The position numbers and the translations under genes were made by a program. Source: Planctomycetota bacterium (GTDB lineage: Bacteria; Planctomycetota; PLA2; JAEUHO01). From it: 64,000 nucleotides of DNA. The stretch is taken from the NCBI GenBank assembly GCA_965223505.1, contig CBDCWP010000039.1, positions 209,854-273,853 on the forward strand, given 5' to 3'. The first letter of the stretch is position 1; the number at the start of each line of letters is the position of its first letter. Below the pieces are notes generated by a model, which worked only from the letters and a program-made list of their open reading frames with translations, was not told where the DNA came from and did no database searches. Of this stretch, positions 10,532 through 20,718 are shown piece after piece.

Positions 10532-12667
10532 ATGCTTCGCGCCATCGCGATCGGAACGTTGCAGTTCGCCCTTTCCCTGTCCCTTGCCGCCTGCGGTGCG
10601 TCGAACGGCGGAGACGCTGACGGCAATGCCGGCGGTGGCGGCAATGGGGGCGGCACCACGAACCTCGGCCCGGCGTCGGCCACGATCACCTGGCCGCCGG
10701 CGGGCTTCCTGACCGACCACCCCTTCATTCGTGTGCGCGGCACCGCCGCCGATCCGGACGGCGTCGCTGGCGTGACGGTGAACGGTACGGCCGCCACGAG
10801 TATGGACGGCTTCGCCCACTGGGAGGCGCTGGTGCCGCTCGCCGGCGGAACGGTGTCACTCGTCACTGCCGTCGAGGACACACTCGCCGCCGTCACGAGT
10901 CCAGCGGCCCCCGCGCTGACCGCGACGCGAGTCCCCTACGTGTCAGCGCATCCGGAGGCGATGGCATGGCACGCACCGAGCCAGCGTCACGTCATCCTGG
11001 ACAGCGAACGGCGGTCCCTCGTCGCCGTGGACCCCGTCACCGGCATGGGGGCCGAGCTCAGCGGTCCGTTCGTCGGCACCGGGCTCGACCTGATCGACCC
11101 GCGGGACTTCGTCCTGGACCCCGCGTCGCCGAATCACGCGTATGTCGTGGACCGGACGCAGCAGGCCGTGCTCCACGTGGACTTGCTCACCGGGGACCGG
11201 CTGATTCACTCGGGCCCCGCGGTGGGCACCGGCGTGGCCTTGTCCCGGCCGATCTCGATCGACTACGACACGGCGGGAGCCCGACTGCTCGTCGGCGACG
11301 CGCAGCTCGACGCCCTGCTGGCCGTGGACCCGGCGACCGGCAATCGCACGGAGCTGTCGGGCCCGAGCGTGGGCACGGGACCTTCGTTGGCGGAGCCGAA
11401 GCGCTTGACCCTGTGGCAGGGCAAGGCCCTGGTCCTGGAGACGTGGCAGCGGGTGCTGATCACGGTGGACCTCGCGACGGGTCACCGCACCATCGTTTCC
11501 AACTTCCTCGATGCCAACCAAGGGCTCGTCGTCGGCGCGCCCGCCGGTTGCCTGGTCGACGAGACGACGAGCACGGCCTACTTCGGCGCCTTCCCGGGCA
11601 ACGTCCTCGAGGTCGATCTCACGACCGGCCTGCGCACACTCCTTTCGGCTCCGTCGATCGGTTCGGGCCCCGTCCTTCGCAACGTGGCCGCGCTGACCCA
11701 CGGGCCCGGCGCGAACGAGATTTCCGCGTTCGATTGGGAGTTCGGCGCCATCCGCAGCATCGATCGAACGACGGGCGACCGCACGGCGGTGTACCGGCCC
11801 GCGCGCGGAACCGGCACGCACATCGAGCGTCCCGCCGGTCTTGCGCTGGCGGCCGACGGCCAGTCGCTCTACCTCATGGACGCGTACACGCAGCTGCTGC
11901 GTGTCGACGTCGCCACCGCGGATCGCGTCTCCGTGCCGGTCTCGGGTTCGCCCGTGATCTCGGCGCAGGGTCTCGCGTTGGACGCGTTGGGCAACCGCCT
12001 CTTCACGCGTGGCTCCATCGGCGGGCTGCCGGTGATCCATGCCGTGGATCTGCTCACGAACACGAAGAGCGTCATCGCCGGCAACGGCGTGGGCACGGGC
12101 CCGATGGACTACCTGCGCGGCCTGGTCTTCGACCCACTCCAGGCTCGGCTCCTCGTCGCCCGCTACACCCCCGGATCGATCCTCGGCGTCGATCCCGCGA
12201 TCGGAGACCGCGTCGAGCTGTCCGGGCCGAACGTCGGCACCGGCTACGCCACGTCTGTCGTCGATCTCGACCTCGTTCCCGGCACCGGCGACGCGTTCGT
12301 GGCGGCGTCCAATGGGTACGTCATCGCTGTGGATCCGACAACGGGCGACCGTACGGTCGTGAGCAGCATCGTGGTGGGGACGGGGCCGAGCATCCCGGTC
12401 AGCGGCACGATCCGCCTCGTGTTCGACGGCACAGCGGGGCGCGTGCTGGTCGTGTCCCGGGGGAAGGTGATGTCGGTCGACCCGGTCAGCGGTGAACGCG
12501 TGGTCGTGAGCGACGTTGCAACCGGCGTCGGCCCCGTCATCTCGGCGTTCGGCGGCGACATCGCCCTCGACGCGCAGCGTGGCGTGCTCTGGATCGCCGA
12601 CAACGGCACGAATTCGTTGACGGCCGTCGACCTGACCTCGGGCGATCGCGTCGTCGTCTCCCGCTAG
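10532..12667 (+). CDS. Lipoprotein with more than 12 degenerate repeats of the consensus VDPxTGDRxxxSGPxVGTGP (beta-propeller-like).
   Basis: Lipobox LSLAAC follows the signal peptide, then a Gly/Asn-rich linker. The periodic motif recurs about every 45-55 aa. Confidence 0.7.
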   Translation: MLRAIAIGTLQFALSLSLAACGASNGGDADGNAGGGGNGGGTTNLGPASATITWPPAGFLTDHPFIRVRGTAADPDGVAGVTVNGTAATSMDGFAHWEALVPLAGGTVSLVTAVEDTLAAVTSPAAPALTATRVPYVSAHPEAMAWHAPSQRHVILDSERRSLVAVDPVTGMGAELSGPFVGTGLDLIDPRDFVLDPASPNHAYVVDRTQQAVLHVDLLTGDRLIHSGPAVGTGVALSRPISIDYDTAGARLLVGDAQLDALLAVDPATGNRTELSGPSVGTGPSLAEPKRLTLWQGKALVLETWQRVLITVDLATGHRTIVSNFLDANQGLVVGAPAGCLVDETTSTAYFGAFPGNVLEVDLTTGLRTLLSAPSIGSGPVLRNVAALTHGPGANEISAFDWEFGAIRSIDRTTGDRTAVYRPARGTGTHIERPAGLALAADGQSLYLMDAYTQLLRVDVATADRVSVPVSGSPVISAQGLALDALGNRLFTRGSIGGLPVIHAVDLLTNTKSVIAGNGVGTGPMDYLRGLVFDPLQARLLVARYTPGSILGVDPAIGDRVELSGPNVGTGYATSVVDLDLVPGTGDAFVAASNGYVIAVDPTTGDRTVVSSIVVGTGPSIPVSGTIRLVFDGTAGRVLVVSRGKVMSVDPVSGERVVVSDVATGVGPVISAFGGDIALDAQRGVLWIADNGTNSLTAVDLTSGDRVVVSR

Positions 12668-12787
12668 GCCTGCGGTACACCCGCCGTCCGAACGCCCTCG
12701 TCGACGCTGAAGGAAGCGTCCTCGAATGGCGCCGGCTGCCGAGGTCGGGCTCGGCAGCCGGGCGTCGACCTGCCGTCGTCGCGAGTG

Positions 12788-13966
12788 CTAGTCGTCGTCC
12801 CTGCGGGAGCGGCGGCGGTCGTTCCGCTCTCGGCGGTCCCGGTGGTCGCGCACCTTCCGACGATGATCTCGCACGACGGGCTCGCGACGATCGCGGTGAT
12901 CGCGGACGATCGGCTTGCGGCGGTCGCGGTGATCGCGGACGATCGGCTCGCGGCGGTCGCGGTGATCGCGGACGATTGGCTCGCGGCGGTCGCGATGGTC
13001 ACGGACGACGGGCTCGCGACGGTCGCGGTGATCACGGACGACCGGCTCGCGGCGGTCACGGTGGTCCCGGACGACGGGCTCGCGGCGGTCGCGAAGGTCC
13101 CGGACGACCGGCTCGCGGCGGTCGCGATGGTCCCGGACGACGGGCTCGCGGCGGTCGCGGTGATCACGGACGACGGGTTCGCGGCGGTCACGGTGGTCCC
13201 GGACGACGGGCTCGCGGCGGTCGCGGTGGTCCCGGACGACGGGCTCGCGGCGGTCGCGGTGGTCCCGGACGACGGGCTCGCGGCGGTCGCGATGGTCACG
13301 GACGACGGGTTCGCGGCGGTCGCGATGGTCCCGGACGACGGGCTCGCGGCGGTCACGGTGATCACGGACGACGGGTTCGCGGCGGTCACGATGGTCCCGG
13401 ACGACCGGCTCGCGGCGGTCGCGATGGTCACGGACGACGGGTTTGCGGCGGTCACGGTGGTCCCGGACGACGGGCTCGCGGCGGTCACGGTGATCACGGA
13501 CGACGGGTTCGCGGCGGTCACGGACGACCGGCTCGCGGCGGTCGCGATGGTCCCGGACGACCGGCTCGCGGCGGTCGCGATGGTCGCGCACGACCGGCTC
13601 GCGGCGGTCGCGATGGTCCCGGACGACGGGCTCGCGGCGGTCGCGGGGCGCGGGCACGCCGCGCTCGTGCCCCGTCACGATCGGCGGACGACGACGGTCA
13701 CGGTGATCACGGACGACCGGCTCGCGGCGGTCGCGGGGCGCGGGCACGCCGCGTTCGTGCCCCGTCACGATCGGCGGACGACGACGGTCACGGCGGTCGC
13801 GCGGCGCGGGCACGCGGTGCTCGTCCCTACGTACCGGCGCTGCCCGCGGGGAGCCGGAGTCCGTTCGTGAAGGGGATTGGGGCGTTTCGCCGTCCTCCCC
13901 GGCAAGGGCCAGGGCGGGGGCCGTCAGGATGGCAGCGAGGATCGCGGGGAGACAGAGGGACTTCAC
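12788..13966 (-). CDS. Secreted protein made mostly of ~25 tandem copies of an 11-aa charged repeat, consensus VVRDHRDRREP.
   Basis: GTG start at 13966, preceded by AAAGGAG with 5-nt spacing. A classic signal peptide (MKSLCLPAILAAILTAPALALA) is in the same frame as the 33-nt DNA repeat. GC3 in this frame is about 100%. Confidence 0.6.
   Translation of the reverse strand: MKSLCLPAILAAILTAPALALAGEDGETPQSPSRTDSGSPRAAPVRRDEHRVPAPRDRRDRRRPPIVTGHERGVPAPRDRREPVVRDHRDRRRPPIVTGHERGVPAPRDRREPVVRDHRDRREPVVRDHRDRREPVVRDHRDRREPVVRDRREPVVRDHRDRREPVVRDHRDRRKPVVRDHRDRREPVVRDHRDRREPVVRDHRDRREPVVRDHRDRREPVVRDHRDRREPVVRDHRDRREPVVRDHRDRREPVVRDHRDRREPVVRDHRDRREPVVRDHRDRREPVVRDLRDRREPVVRDHRDRREPVVRDHRDRREPVVRDHRDRREPIVRDHRDRREPIVRDHRDRRKPIVRDHRDRREPVVRDHRRKVRDHRDRRERNDRRRSRRDDD
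12868..13640. repeat. Tandem 33-bp repeat, about 23 copies, unit roughly gtgatcgcggacgatcggctcgcggcggtcgcg.
   Basis: Directly visible periodicity. Copy-to-copy differences are mostly third-position or single-codon changes. Confidence 0.9.
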
Positions 13967-14167
13967 GTCGGCTCCTTTCGAGCGGGGTTCGCGACCTAAC
14001 TCCCCGCTCGCCTCGAGGGGGGACCCACATTTCCGGATTCGTTCAGCGACGCGGCGCCTGCGGCGCGGGCAGCGCCGACGTGGCCCGCACGCTGCGTGCT
14101 CGACGATCCCTGCCGTTGGCGCGGATGACGGCCCGTTTCGAGGTGGCGACGGACCCCTGGTCACGCC

Positions 14168-15631
14168 TCAATCGAGTGCGAGCGGCTCACGGGCGAGCTT
14201 CCAGCCGCTCAGCTCGATCACTCTGGAAGTCGTCTTCGAACCGATCTTGACCTTGAACAGGATCCGCCTCGGTGCGAGTACGCCGTGCGTCTTCGTGTAG
14301 GTCACCTCGGCTTCGCGAACGATCTCGTCGGGGCCGCCTTTGTCTACGACTTCGCGCCACGTGACCGGCACATGGTGAGGAAACGGCACCGTCTCGTGGA
14401 AGCCGGGCTCCCGGACCTGCCGGTGGTACCGGAACGTGGTCACGTTCAGCATCTCGATGTCGTAGGCGTCCTCGTAGATCGTCGAGAGGACTCCATTGGG
14501 TTCGAACACGAAGGTCGAGATCGCGTCGCCCGGGGCGTCCAGTCCCTCGGTGATCTCAACACGTCCGTCTTTCTTGTTCGTCTTCACGGGCTGGGACCCC
14601 AGCTGCCTGCGAACCCAGTAGCGCTGGAAGCAGTGGTCAAGGAGCTTGCGCCAGTGTTGCGTGACGTACACGAACGTCAGACCGAACGGCTTCGTCTCGG
14701 CCGGCTCGTCCCAGTCCACCCGTCCCTGCTCGGACTCGAAACGGTAGGTTCCCCGGATCGTCCGCTCACCCTCCGTGAATGAGACGCGACAGTTCGCGTC
14801 GCGGTACCGCCACAGCCCGGGGTGGTATCCGATCGCCTCCCAGCGCTCGATGGCCTTGCGCGCATCGGCATCGAGCTCGGGCCCTCGCTCCCTGCCGAAC
14901 TTCCACTGCCGCAATGTGAGGGCGAGGGGCACGGTCTGCGACGCGGTCTTCATCTCCAGTGCGACGCGGACCGGGACGGCGTGCCCCCGAACACGCACCC
15001 ACGTCAGCGTGCCGTCCTCGCTCATCGTGCCGTAGCTGGGGATCGTCCGAGTGACCCGGTACTGCCGCAGCAGGTGCAGATCGTGCCACTTGCGGTAGCC
15101 GAGGGAGATCTCGACCGGGTGCGGCTTCACGCCGGGCATGCGCGCCGTTGCCGAGATGCCGACGAGTACTCCGGTCCGATCGAAGCGGAACGCGCGGTAG
15201 GGCGACTTCCCTTCGACGATCACATCGGTGCCTGCTGCGCCGGGTCTGGACCGAAGCCTGCAGTTTCTCAGGTACTGTTCCCGTCCGGTGGCGCGCAGCA
15301 GCGTCTCGAGCACCATCATCCACGAACCGTGCTCGTACGCACCGCCGTCTGCGGATACGTGCCAGGCGTACTTCAGACCTCTGAAACCGAACCTCAGAAT
15401 GCCGTCGAGCACGGTCCGCCGCGGCGACGTCGTGGTGTAGAGCTGGAGTTTACACTCTCCACTCCCGGCGCCGCCTCGATCGAGGTTGTATTCCTTCGCC
15501 CGCCACCCGTTCAGCAGTTCTTTCGACCGCGCATCCATCTCGAGCCCGGGGATGGAGAGATCCTTGGCGAGGACGCAGGCGTCGTGTGAAAGGAAGACGA
15601 GGATGGGGAGGACGAGGCGAGACACGGACAT
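14168..15631 (-). CDS. Secreted hypothetical protein of 487 aa.
   Basis: GGAGGT SD lies 4 nt upstream of the ATG at 15631. Signal peptide MSVSRLVLPILVFLSHDACVLA. The composition is balanced and non-repetitive. Confidence 0.65.
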   Translation of the reverse strand: MSVSRLVLPILVFLSHDACVLAKDLSIPGLEMDARSKELLNGWRAKEYNLDRGGAGSGECKLQLYTTTSPRRTVLDGILRFGFRGLKYAWHVSADGGAYEHGSWMMVLETLLRATGREQYLRNCRLRSRPGAAGTDVIVEGKSPYRAFRFDRTGVLVGISATARMPGVKPHPVEISLGYRKWHDLHLLRQYRVTRTIPSYGTMSEDGTLTWVRVRGHAVPVRVALEMKTASQTVPLALTLRQWKFGRERGPELDADARKAIERWEAIGYHPGLWRYRDANCRVSFTEGERTIRGTYRFESEQGRVDWDEPAETKPFGLTFVYVTQHWRKLLDHCFQRYWVRRQLGSQPVKTNKKDGRVEITEGLDAPGDAISTFVFEPNGVLSTIYEDAYDIEMLNVTTFRYHRQVREPGFHETVPFPHHVPVTWREVVDKGGPDEIVREAEVTYTKTHGVLAPRRILFKVKIGSKTTSRVIELSGWKLAREPLALD

Positions 15632-16203
15632 GCGACCTCCAGCGCCCAGGATGCCCGCAGGCGGAGGTGGACTGCAAGCCTGCGCGCGCTCGCTCTTTCG
15701 TGGGGGCCCTGCGCCCGAGTCTCAGGCTCGTGGAGGCTGCATCTCTGGGTCCGGCGACAGGTTCATCGTGCTGGCATTGATCGCGGGCCGCCATCACGAC
15801 CTCAGTTTGAGACATCGGCCGAAGTGCTCGAGGGCAGGGCCGAGCGGCGATCGCGCCATTCGTGGAGAGACGATCCACGAGCCGGCGGGTGGCGGGCCCC
15901 TGTCGTCCAAGAAATGGGGGCCCAGCGAGGTTCAGTTGCCAAGAGCCGATTCGGACGTTCAGGCCGCTCGCACGCAACCGTCTAGGTGTTGACGTCGAAC
16001 CGCCGCTTGAGCAGGATCGCGGATCGTGAGAAGGACGAAAGTACGTCGGGGGCCGGCTGGGGACCCGAACGCTGCATGCGGCGCGGCCGCGACTCCAGGG
16101 CGGCGCCTCGTTCACGCGATGACCGCTTTCGTCGCGCAGATGGATTTCACTGTTTCGTCGTCAGATCCTGTATCTGCGCGGCGACTTGCTTGGAGGAAGT
16201 GAA

Positions 16204-16737
16204 GTGGCAGTCAGTAGAATTCTGAAGAGTGCAGTGCTTGTCGCGGTTTGTTCGGCCGTAACGGCAAGTGGGGGCGTGTCCCACGCGGGTGGTGACGGTG
16301 CGGTTCGCTTCGACGGAGTCGGGCACGGAACCATTCTCCCGCAGCCCGACCCGACAAAGGAGATCGCTGCGCTTTCGGGTGTGGCGACAGTCCTGGGCAG
16401 GTTCACGGCCCTGCTCGAGACCGACAAGACCTTGATCGAGTTCGTCGGTTTCGATCCGAAGACGGGCGCGCCCATTCTCCGAGGTTTCTCCGAGATCACG
16501 CTCACAGACGCGAACGGCGATGAGCTGTGGGCGCTCGGCATCATCGAGGGCGTCTTCGATGTCGTGGACGAGAACTGGCCGCAGTTCGAGCTGCACATGG
16601 AGTTGATCGGGGGCACCGGGCGCTTCGCCGGTGCAACCGGGTCGGCCGACGGCAAGGGTGGTCAGGCCACAATTCCCGGAGAGGACAACGACCTGATTCG
16701 CGGCAGGTGGACGGGCACGCTCTGCCTGGACGAATAG
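16204..16737 (+). CDS. Small secreted hypothetical protein.
   Basis: GTG start after GGAGGA. Signal peptide VAVSRILKSAVLVAVCSAVTASG. The ORF tool called a TTG start at 16186, which I consider less likely. Confidence 0.55.
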   Translation: MAVSRILKSAVLVAVCSAVTASGGVSHAGGDGAVRFDGVGHGTILPQPDPTKEIAALSGVATVLGRFTALLETDKTLIEFVGFDPKTGAPILRGFSEITLTDANGDELWALGIIEGVFDVVDENWPQFELHMELIGGTGRFAGATGSADGKGGQATIPGEDNDLIRGRWTGTLCLDE

Positions 16738-16745
16738 GAGGCGCT

Positions 16746-16775
16746 GCGGCAGGTCGGAACTCCTGCCGCATTTCC
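16746..16775 (+). terminator. Putative intrinsic terminator hairpin.
   Basis: GCGGCAGG-tcggaact-CCTGCCGC stem-loop followed by ATTTCC, sitting 9 nt after the stop at 16737. Confidence 0.35.
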
Positions 16776-17381
16776 TCGCGCGATCAGTTCGTGGCGTTCT
16801 CCGCGGCCGCCCTCAGCTGAGCGACCAGTTCGCCCAGGACGATTTGCGCCTCGGCCGTTGCGCCCGGGCGCCGGCACCGGGTTTGGGACGCCGCGAATAT
16901 GCGCGAGGAGCTCCACCATCTCCGGGAGCTTGGGGGGGCTTGTCGAGGTTCGCCAGCCTGCCGACCAGATGCCGCTGCGCGCGGCGAGCCGTGCTGTGTG
17001 CCTCGACATTCGGGTGGAACGTGTCGAGCACTCGACACGCCGGCCATTCAAGTCGCGGCCGGGTATGGTCGGGGCGACCCGAGTCGATACACATCCGCGA
17101 CCCGTGCTGGGGGCGGTGCGGTTGGTCCTGTAGGTCGGCTGTTCTGGCGCCCCGGAGGTGGGTCGTGCCGGAGGAGAGGCAGCAGGACGCCGGCGCCCTT
17201 GCCTCCCGAGCACCGCTGGCGTGAAATGCATGTGGCGAATCCCCGCCTCGTTGACGGAGCGCGTGCGCGTAGTAGCAGTTGTCACCGTCTGTGTGCTGAC
17301 GCTCCTCGGCCCCGCTGCCGCTGAGGACGACAAGCGGGAGCCCAAGGCTCCGCCTGAGCCTCTCACCACGGAGCAGGCCGC

Positions 17382-18443
17382 CGCCGCGGCTACGCCAACG
17401 GCTTCAAGCGCAAGCGCGTCAGAACCCGCTTGGGCGAGATCGACGTCCAGGTGCCCCAGGTTCGCGACGTCGAGGGCGGCGACACGTTCTACCCCTCCAG
17501 CCTCGAACGCGGCCAGCGAAGCGAGAGAGCGCTCACGCTGGCCCTGGCGGAGATGTACGTCCAGGGCGTCTCGACGCGGCGTGTCGAGGCGATCACGAAG
17601 GTGCTTTGCAACGGCCTGGAGATCAGCTCCACGAGCGTGTCTCGAGCAGCTGCGCTGCTCGACGAGGAGCTCGAGCGCTGGCGCACACGTCCGCTCGGCG
17701 CGTTCAAGTACCTCGTACTCGACGCTCGCTACGAGAAGGTGCGCCACGGCGGATCGGTGCGCGACTGCGCTGTGCTGATCGCCATCGGCGTCGATTCTCA
17801 CGGCAAGCGCAGCGTGCTGGGAACGAGCGTGAGCCTCTCGGAGGCCGAGGTCCATTGGCGCGAGTTCCTCGCTTCTCTCCAGGATCGCGGCCTTCACGGC
17901 GTCGAGCTCATCACCAGCGACGGCCACAAGGGCATTGCGGCCGCGCTGGCGGCGCGGTTCGCCGGCGTGGCCTGGCAGCGCTGCCAGTTCCACCTGCAGC
18001 AGAACGCGCAGAGCTACGTTCCGCGCCAGAAGCTTCGACGCGACGTTGCCGCTGACCTTCGCGCCGCGTTCAATGCGACGTCGCGTCGCGAGGCCGAAGA
18101 GAAGCTCAAGGCCTTCGTGAAGAAGTGGGACAAGCCCGCGCCCGACCTGGCGCGCTGGGCCGAAGAGAACATTCCGCAGGGCTTCACCGTGTTCGATCTC
18201 GGCCTGAACGAAGCGCAGCGCAAGCGCCTTCGCACCACCAACAGCCTCGAGAACCTGAATCAGCAGATCCGCCGCCGCACTCGCGTTGCCGGACTCTTTC
18301 CAAACGAAGCGTCCTTGCTGCGGCTCGCAAGCGCGGTGCTCATCGAGATCAGCGAGGAATGGGAAACCGGACGGAGGTACTTGCCGAGGGACGACGCTTG
18401 ATCAACCGCTCAGCGATTTACAGAAAGAACGTTGCTCTGCCCT
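17382..18443 (+). mobile_element. 5'-truncated remnant of an IS256-family insertion sequence (only the right ~1.06 kb).
   Basis: The segment matches the two intact copies (20719-22116 and 60291-61688) in the aligned stretches checked at both ends, from the point where the flanking sequence diverges (~17382) to the shared right terminus ...gaacgttgctctgccc at 18443. No left IR is present. Confidence 0.8.
17430..18401 (+). pseudogene. IS256-family transposase missing its N-terminus (C-terminal 323 aa only).
   Basis: Identical to residues 91-413 of the 413-aa transposases at 20834 and 60406. Confidence 0.8.
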
Positions 18444-18722
18444 GAACTTCCGTAGGGCCTTCTTGATGCGGAGGTAGGGAACCTTGGTGTAGTCCAAGGA
18501 TCCGCCCTGGATGTGGTCGTAACTGGTGGGTGCCGGGCAGTCCTTCACTTCGCAGAGGAGGAGGCCACTCGCGTGCTCGATGCCGTAGTCGGGGCCGCGA
18601 TGCTGCTGGCCAGGTGCCGGTGGTGGCAGTCCGGGGCGAGGTTCTCGAAGCAGGTCCGGGTACTCGATCGAGTCCATGTACTCCTCGAAGAGGAGTTCAG
18701 AGGGGCGGTCGTCGTTGTCCAC
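18402..18722 (-). pseudogene. Hypothetical protein, paralog of the gene at 38992-39743; its 3' end is replaced by IS256-remnant sequence.
   Basis: The N-terminal ~95 aa (VDNDDRPSELLFEEYMDSIEYPDLLREPRPGLPPP...) are about 85% identical to the island gene at 38992-39743. The last 11 codons (AEQRSFCKSLSG) are encoded by the IS terminus. Confidence 0.5.
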
Positions 18723-18811
18723 GCGGGAAGCCTACCGGCCTCGGGCGACGTGGGGACACACGACTTCTTGGCATGGGGCAGATGCGCTCGATGTCCTGTA
18801 GCCTCGGAAGC

Positions 18812-19192
18812 ATGTCCGAGACCTCGGCCTCCCACCGCCATTCGTTCTCCGTCTCCATGATCGCGCCTGATGGCCTGGCGTGCATGGAGGAGCACCTCGC
18901 TGCGACAGCGCTGCCCCTCGTGCTCTGGCGCTCCGGATACAACGGGAAACACATCCTGCGTTCTGCCCCCGGGAGCGCGCGCGACTTCGATCTCGACATG
19001 GACTCAAACGACGATGATTGCATGTTCGCCTCCGGCGCCGTCAGGGGGGGGCTCGACGACGCTGCTCGGCTGCTTGAGTCCCTGTCCACCTGCTTGAGGG
19101 CGGCATCGGTTCCGCACGAGATTCTGTTGGACGATCCCAAGGGTGCCCTGGCCAAACGATGGGGTTGGCGCTGGTTGGAGCGAAAACCGTGA
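18812..19192 (+). CDS. Hypothetical protein of 126 aa.
   Basis: ATG at 18812. Composition is protein-like. The stop overlaps the GTG of the next gene as GTGA. Confidence 0.5.
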   Translation: MSETSASHRHSFSVSMIAPDGLACMEEHLAATALPLVLWRSGYNGKHILRSAPGSARDFDLDMDSNDDDCMFASGAVRGGLDDAARLLESLSTCLRAASVPHEILLDDPKGALAKRWGWRWLERKP

Positions 19193-20103
19193 CCCCCAAG
19201 GCTCTAGAGGAACTCACACGCGATGCCTTGGAGGCCACAGCGGTTCTGGACGACAGCAGGGAACTTGAACCGTTCCTGTTCAGGGTGCTGGACGCTCTCA
19301 AGCGGAACACCGGCCTACGGGACTTCGCTGCACCGATGTTCATTGCAGAACTTGAGTGCTACCGCACCTTCGTTGCCGATCTGTTGGCGTACTGCATGCA
19401 TGAGTTGCGGTGGCCCGAGATCCAGCGACGAGTGACCGAACTCATGCAGCCCGAGGACACAGAGCGATGGCGCCGCAAGAGCATGGAGTACCGCTACGTG
19501 TTGGCGTCGTACGAGGACGACTGGTCGTCGCGCGACTTGTACGCCTACTACGACGAGGGGGTACCTCCTGTGCTTTCGTCTTCGGCGCGGGAGGCAGTGC
19601 CGAGGGGGAAGACCGTCCGTATCGACTTCGATGACCTTGTTGTCCACGTCTACGGCGGCGATGGAAAGACCGCTCATCGTCCGCTCTCAGAACTCACGCC
19701 TGAGTCCAGGCACGTCCACGGGCGTCTCACGATCTGCATCGGTGGGCGCACGGTTCCTGGGTTGGGGTACTGGGGGCCCAGCGACGTATGCATGGTTGAT
19801 TGGCTGGCTGAGATGAGGAGTGTCTTGCAGGCATTCGAGAGCGACGATGTCGGCCAGCACGCCTTTGACGAGGGTGAGCAGGGGCAGCCATCCTTCGTCT
19901 TCCGCCGCATGAGAGATCGCGGTTTCTTCACGATCGCCGACTCAGCGATCTCGGACGGCGTTGCAGATCCGGACTGGCAGGACGTGGAGTTCGTCGCGGG
20001 GGACCTAGCCCTTGAGGTCCGTCTCCTGCTCGCGCGTTGGCTCTACGAACTCCGGGCGGGAGCACCTCGGGTTGCTGATGCCTGGATGGATAGGTGGCTC
20101 TAG
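19189..20103 (+). CDS. Hypothetical protein of 304 aa.
   Basis: GTG start overlaps the upstream stop. Composition is balanced and no known motif is recognised. Confidence 0.55.
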   Translation: MTPKALEELTRDALEATAVLDDSRELEPFLFRVLDALKRNTGLRDFAAPMFIAELECYRTFVADLLAYCMHELRWPEIQRRVTELMQPEDTERWRRKSMEYRYVLASYEDDWSSRDLYAYYDEGVPPVLSSSAREAVPRGKTVRIDFDDLVVHVYGGDGKTAHRPLSELTPESRHVHGRLTICIGGRTVPGLGYWGPSDVCMVDWLAEMRSVLQAFESDDVGQHAFDEGEQGQPSFVFRRMRDRGFFTIADSAISDGVADPDWQDVEFVAGDLALEVRLLLARWLYELRAGAPRVADAWMDRWL

Positions 20104-20124
20104 CCGCGCCCGGCTCGGAAGTGA

Positions 20125-20646
20125 CTACTTTCGACCTGTAATCCGAATGTAGATGTCCTCGATCAAGAGCAGCGCGAGTCGGAACAGCAGGAACACGAGC
20201 ATGACGGGGACGACGATTGGGGCCGCCATCCACCACCACTTACTCGCAGGTGGTGCGTCGGGATCGACAACACGTCGCTGAGGCGATCTGCTCTGTGAGA
20301 TCCGCCCGTCCATGTCCCTGAGGTCGTACTCGAAACTGATGTTGCCTTCCTGATCGACCAGTGTCTCGGCGTCTTCGTCGCTGGCGAGAGCCTGCATGAA
20401 CGCAAGGTTCGTGCGGTCTAGCACGTCGATGAACTCGGGCCACCGCCCCGACTGGCGCATCCACTCCTTTGACTCCCCGAGTCCGAAGCCGGTGCGGTGC
20501 AGGATTGTCAGGATGTTCCAGGGGTGGGTGCTACGCTGGTCGAGCATTAGGGCAATCTGCTCCCGCGTTGCACCTCGTCCGTGTGCTTGCCGCGCAACGC
20601 GTTCAAGGCGCTTGAACTCGCGGCTCTCGGTGCGGAGGGGTTCCAT
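20125..20646 (-). CDS. Hypothetical protein with a C-terminal TM anchor.
   Basis: 173 aa. The C-terminus carries a hydrophobic helix, AAPIVVPVMLVFLLFRLALLLI. Confidence 0.55.
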   Translation of the reverse strand: MEPLRTESREFKRLERVARQAHGRGATREQIALMLDQRSTHPWNILTILHRTGFGLGESKEWMRQSGRWPEFIDVLDRTNLAFMQALASDEDAETLVDQEGNISFEYDLRDMDGRISQSRSPQRRVVDPDAPPASKWWWMAAPIVVPVMLVFLLFRLALLLIEDIYIRITGRK

Positions 20647-20718
20647 GTCTCTTCGATCTTGACCGGGACTGTGACGTTCTGATCAGGGTAGCGGCTCTCT
20701 CCGGCGCTCCTCGTCGAG

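Noticed and set aside
12785-14250. Long plus-strand ORFs (DDGLAAVAVVP repeats; Gly/Arg-rich GRDGHGRRARGG repeats) across the 33-bp tandem repeat.
   Set aside because: These are alternative frames of the same tandem repeat. Only the minus-strand frame has an SD, a start and a signal peptide, and it has ~100% GC3.
16662-17993. Antisense ORFs inside each IS256 copy: 16662-17993 (read-through into flanking DNA) and the 291-aa ORFs at 20792-21667 and 60364-61239.
   Set aside because: They lie on the strand opposite the well-supported transposase and recur only because the IS recurs. This is a typical high-GC antisense artefact.
18530-18811. N-terminal 94 aa of ORF 18530-19192 (Arg/Gly-rich).
   Set aside because: The composition is non-protein-like. 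The protein-like part begins at the ATG at 18812.
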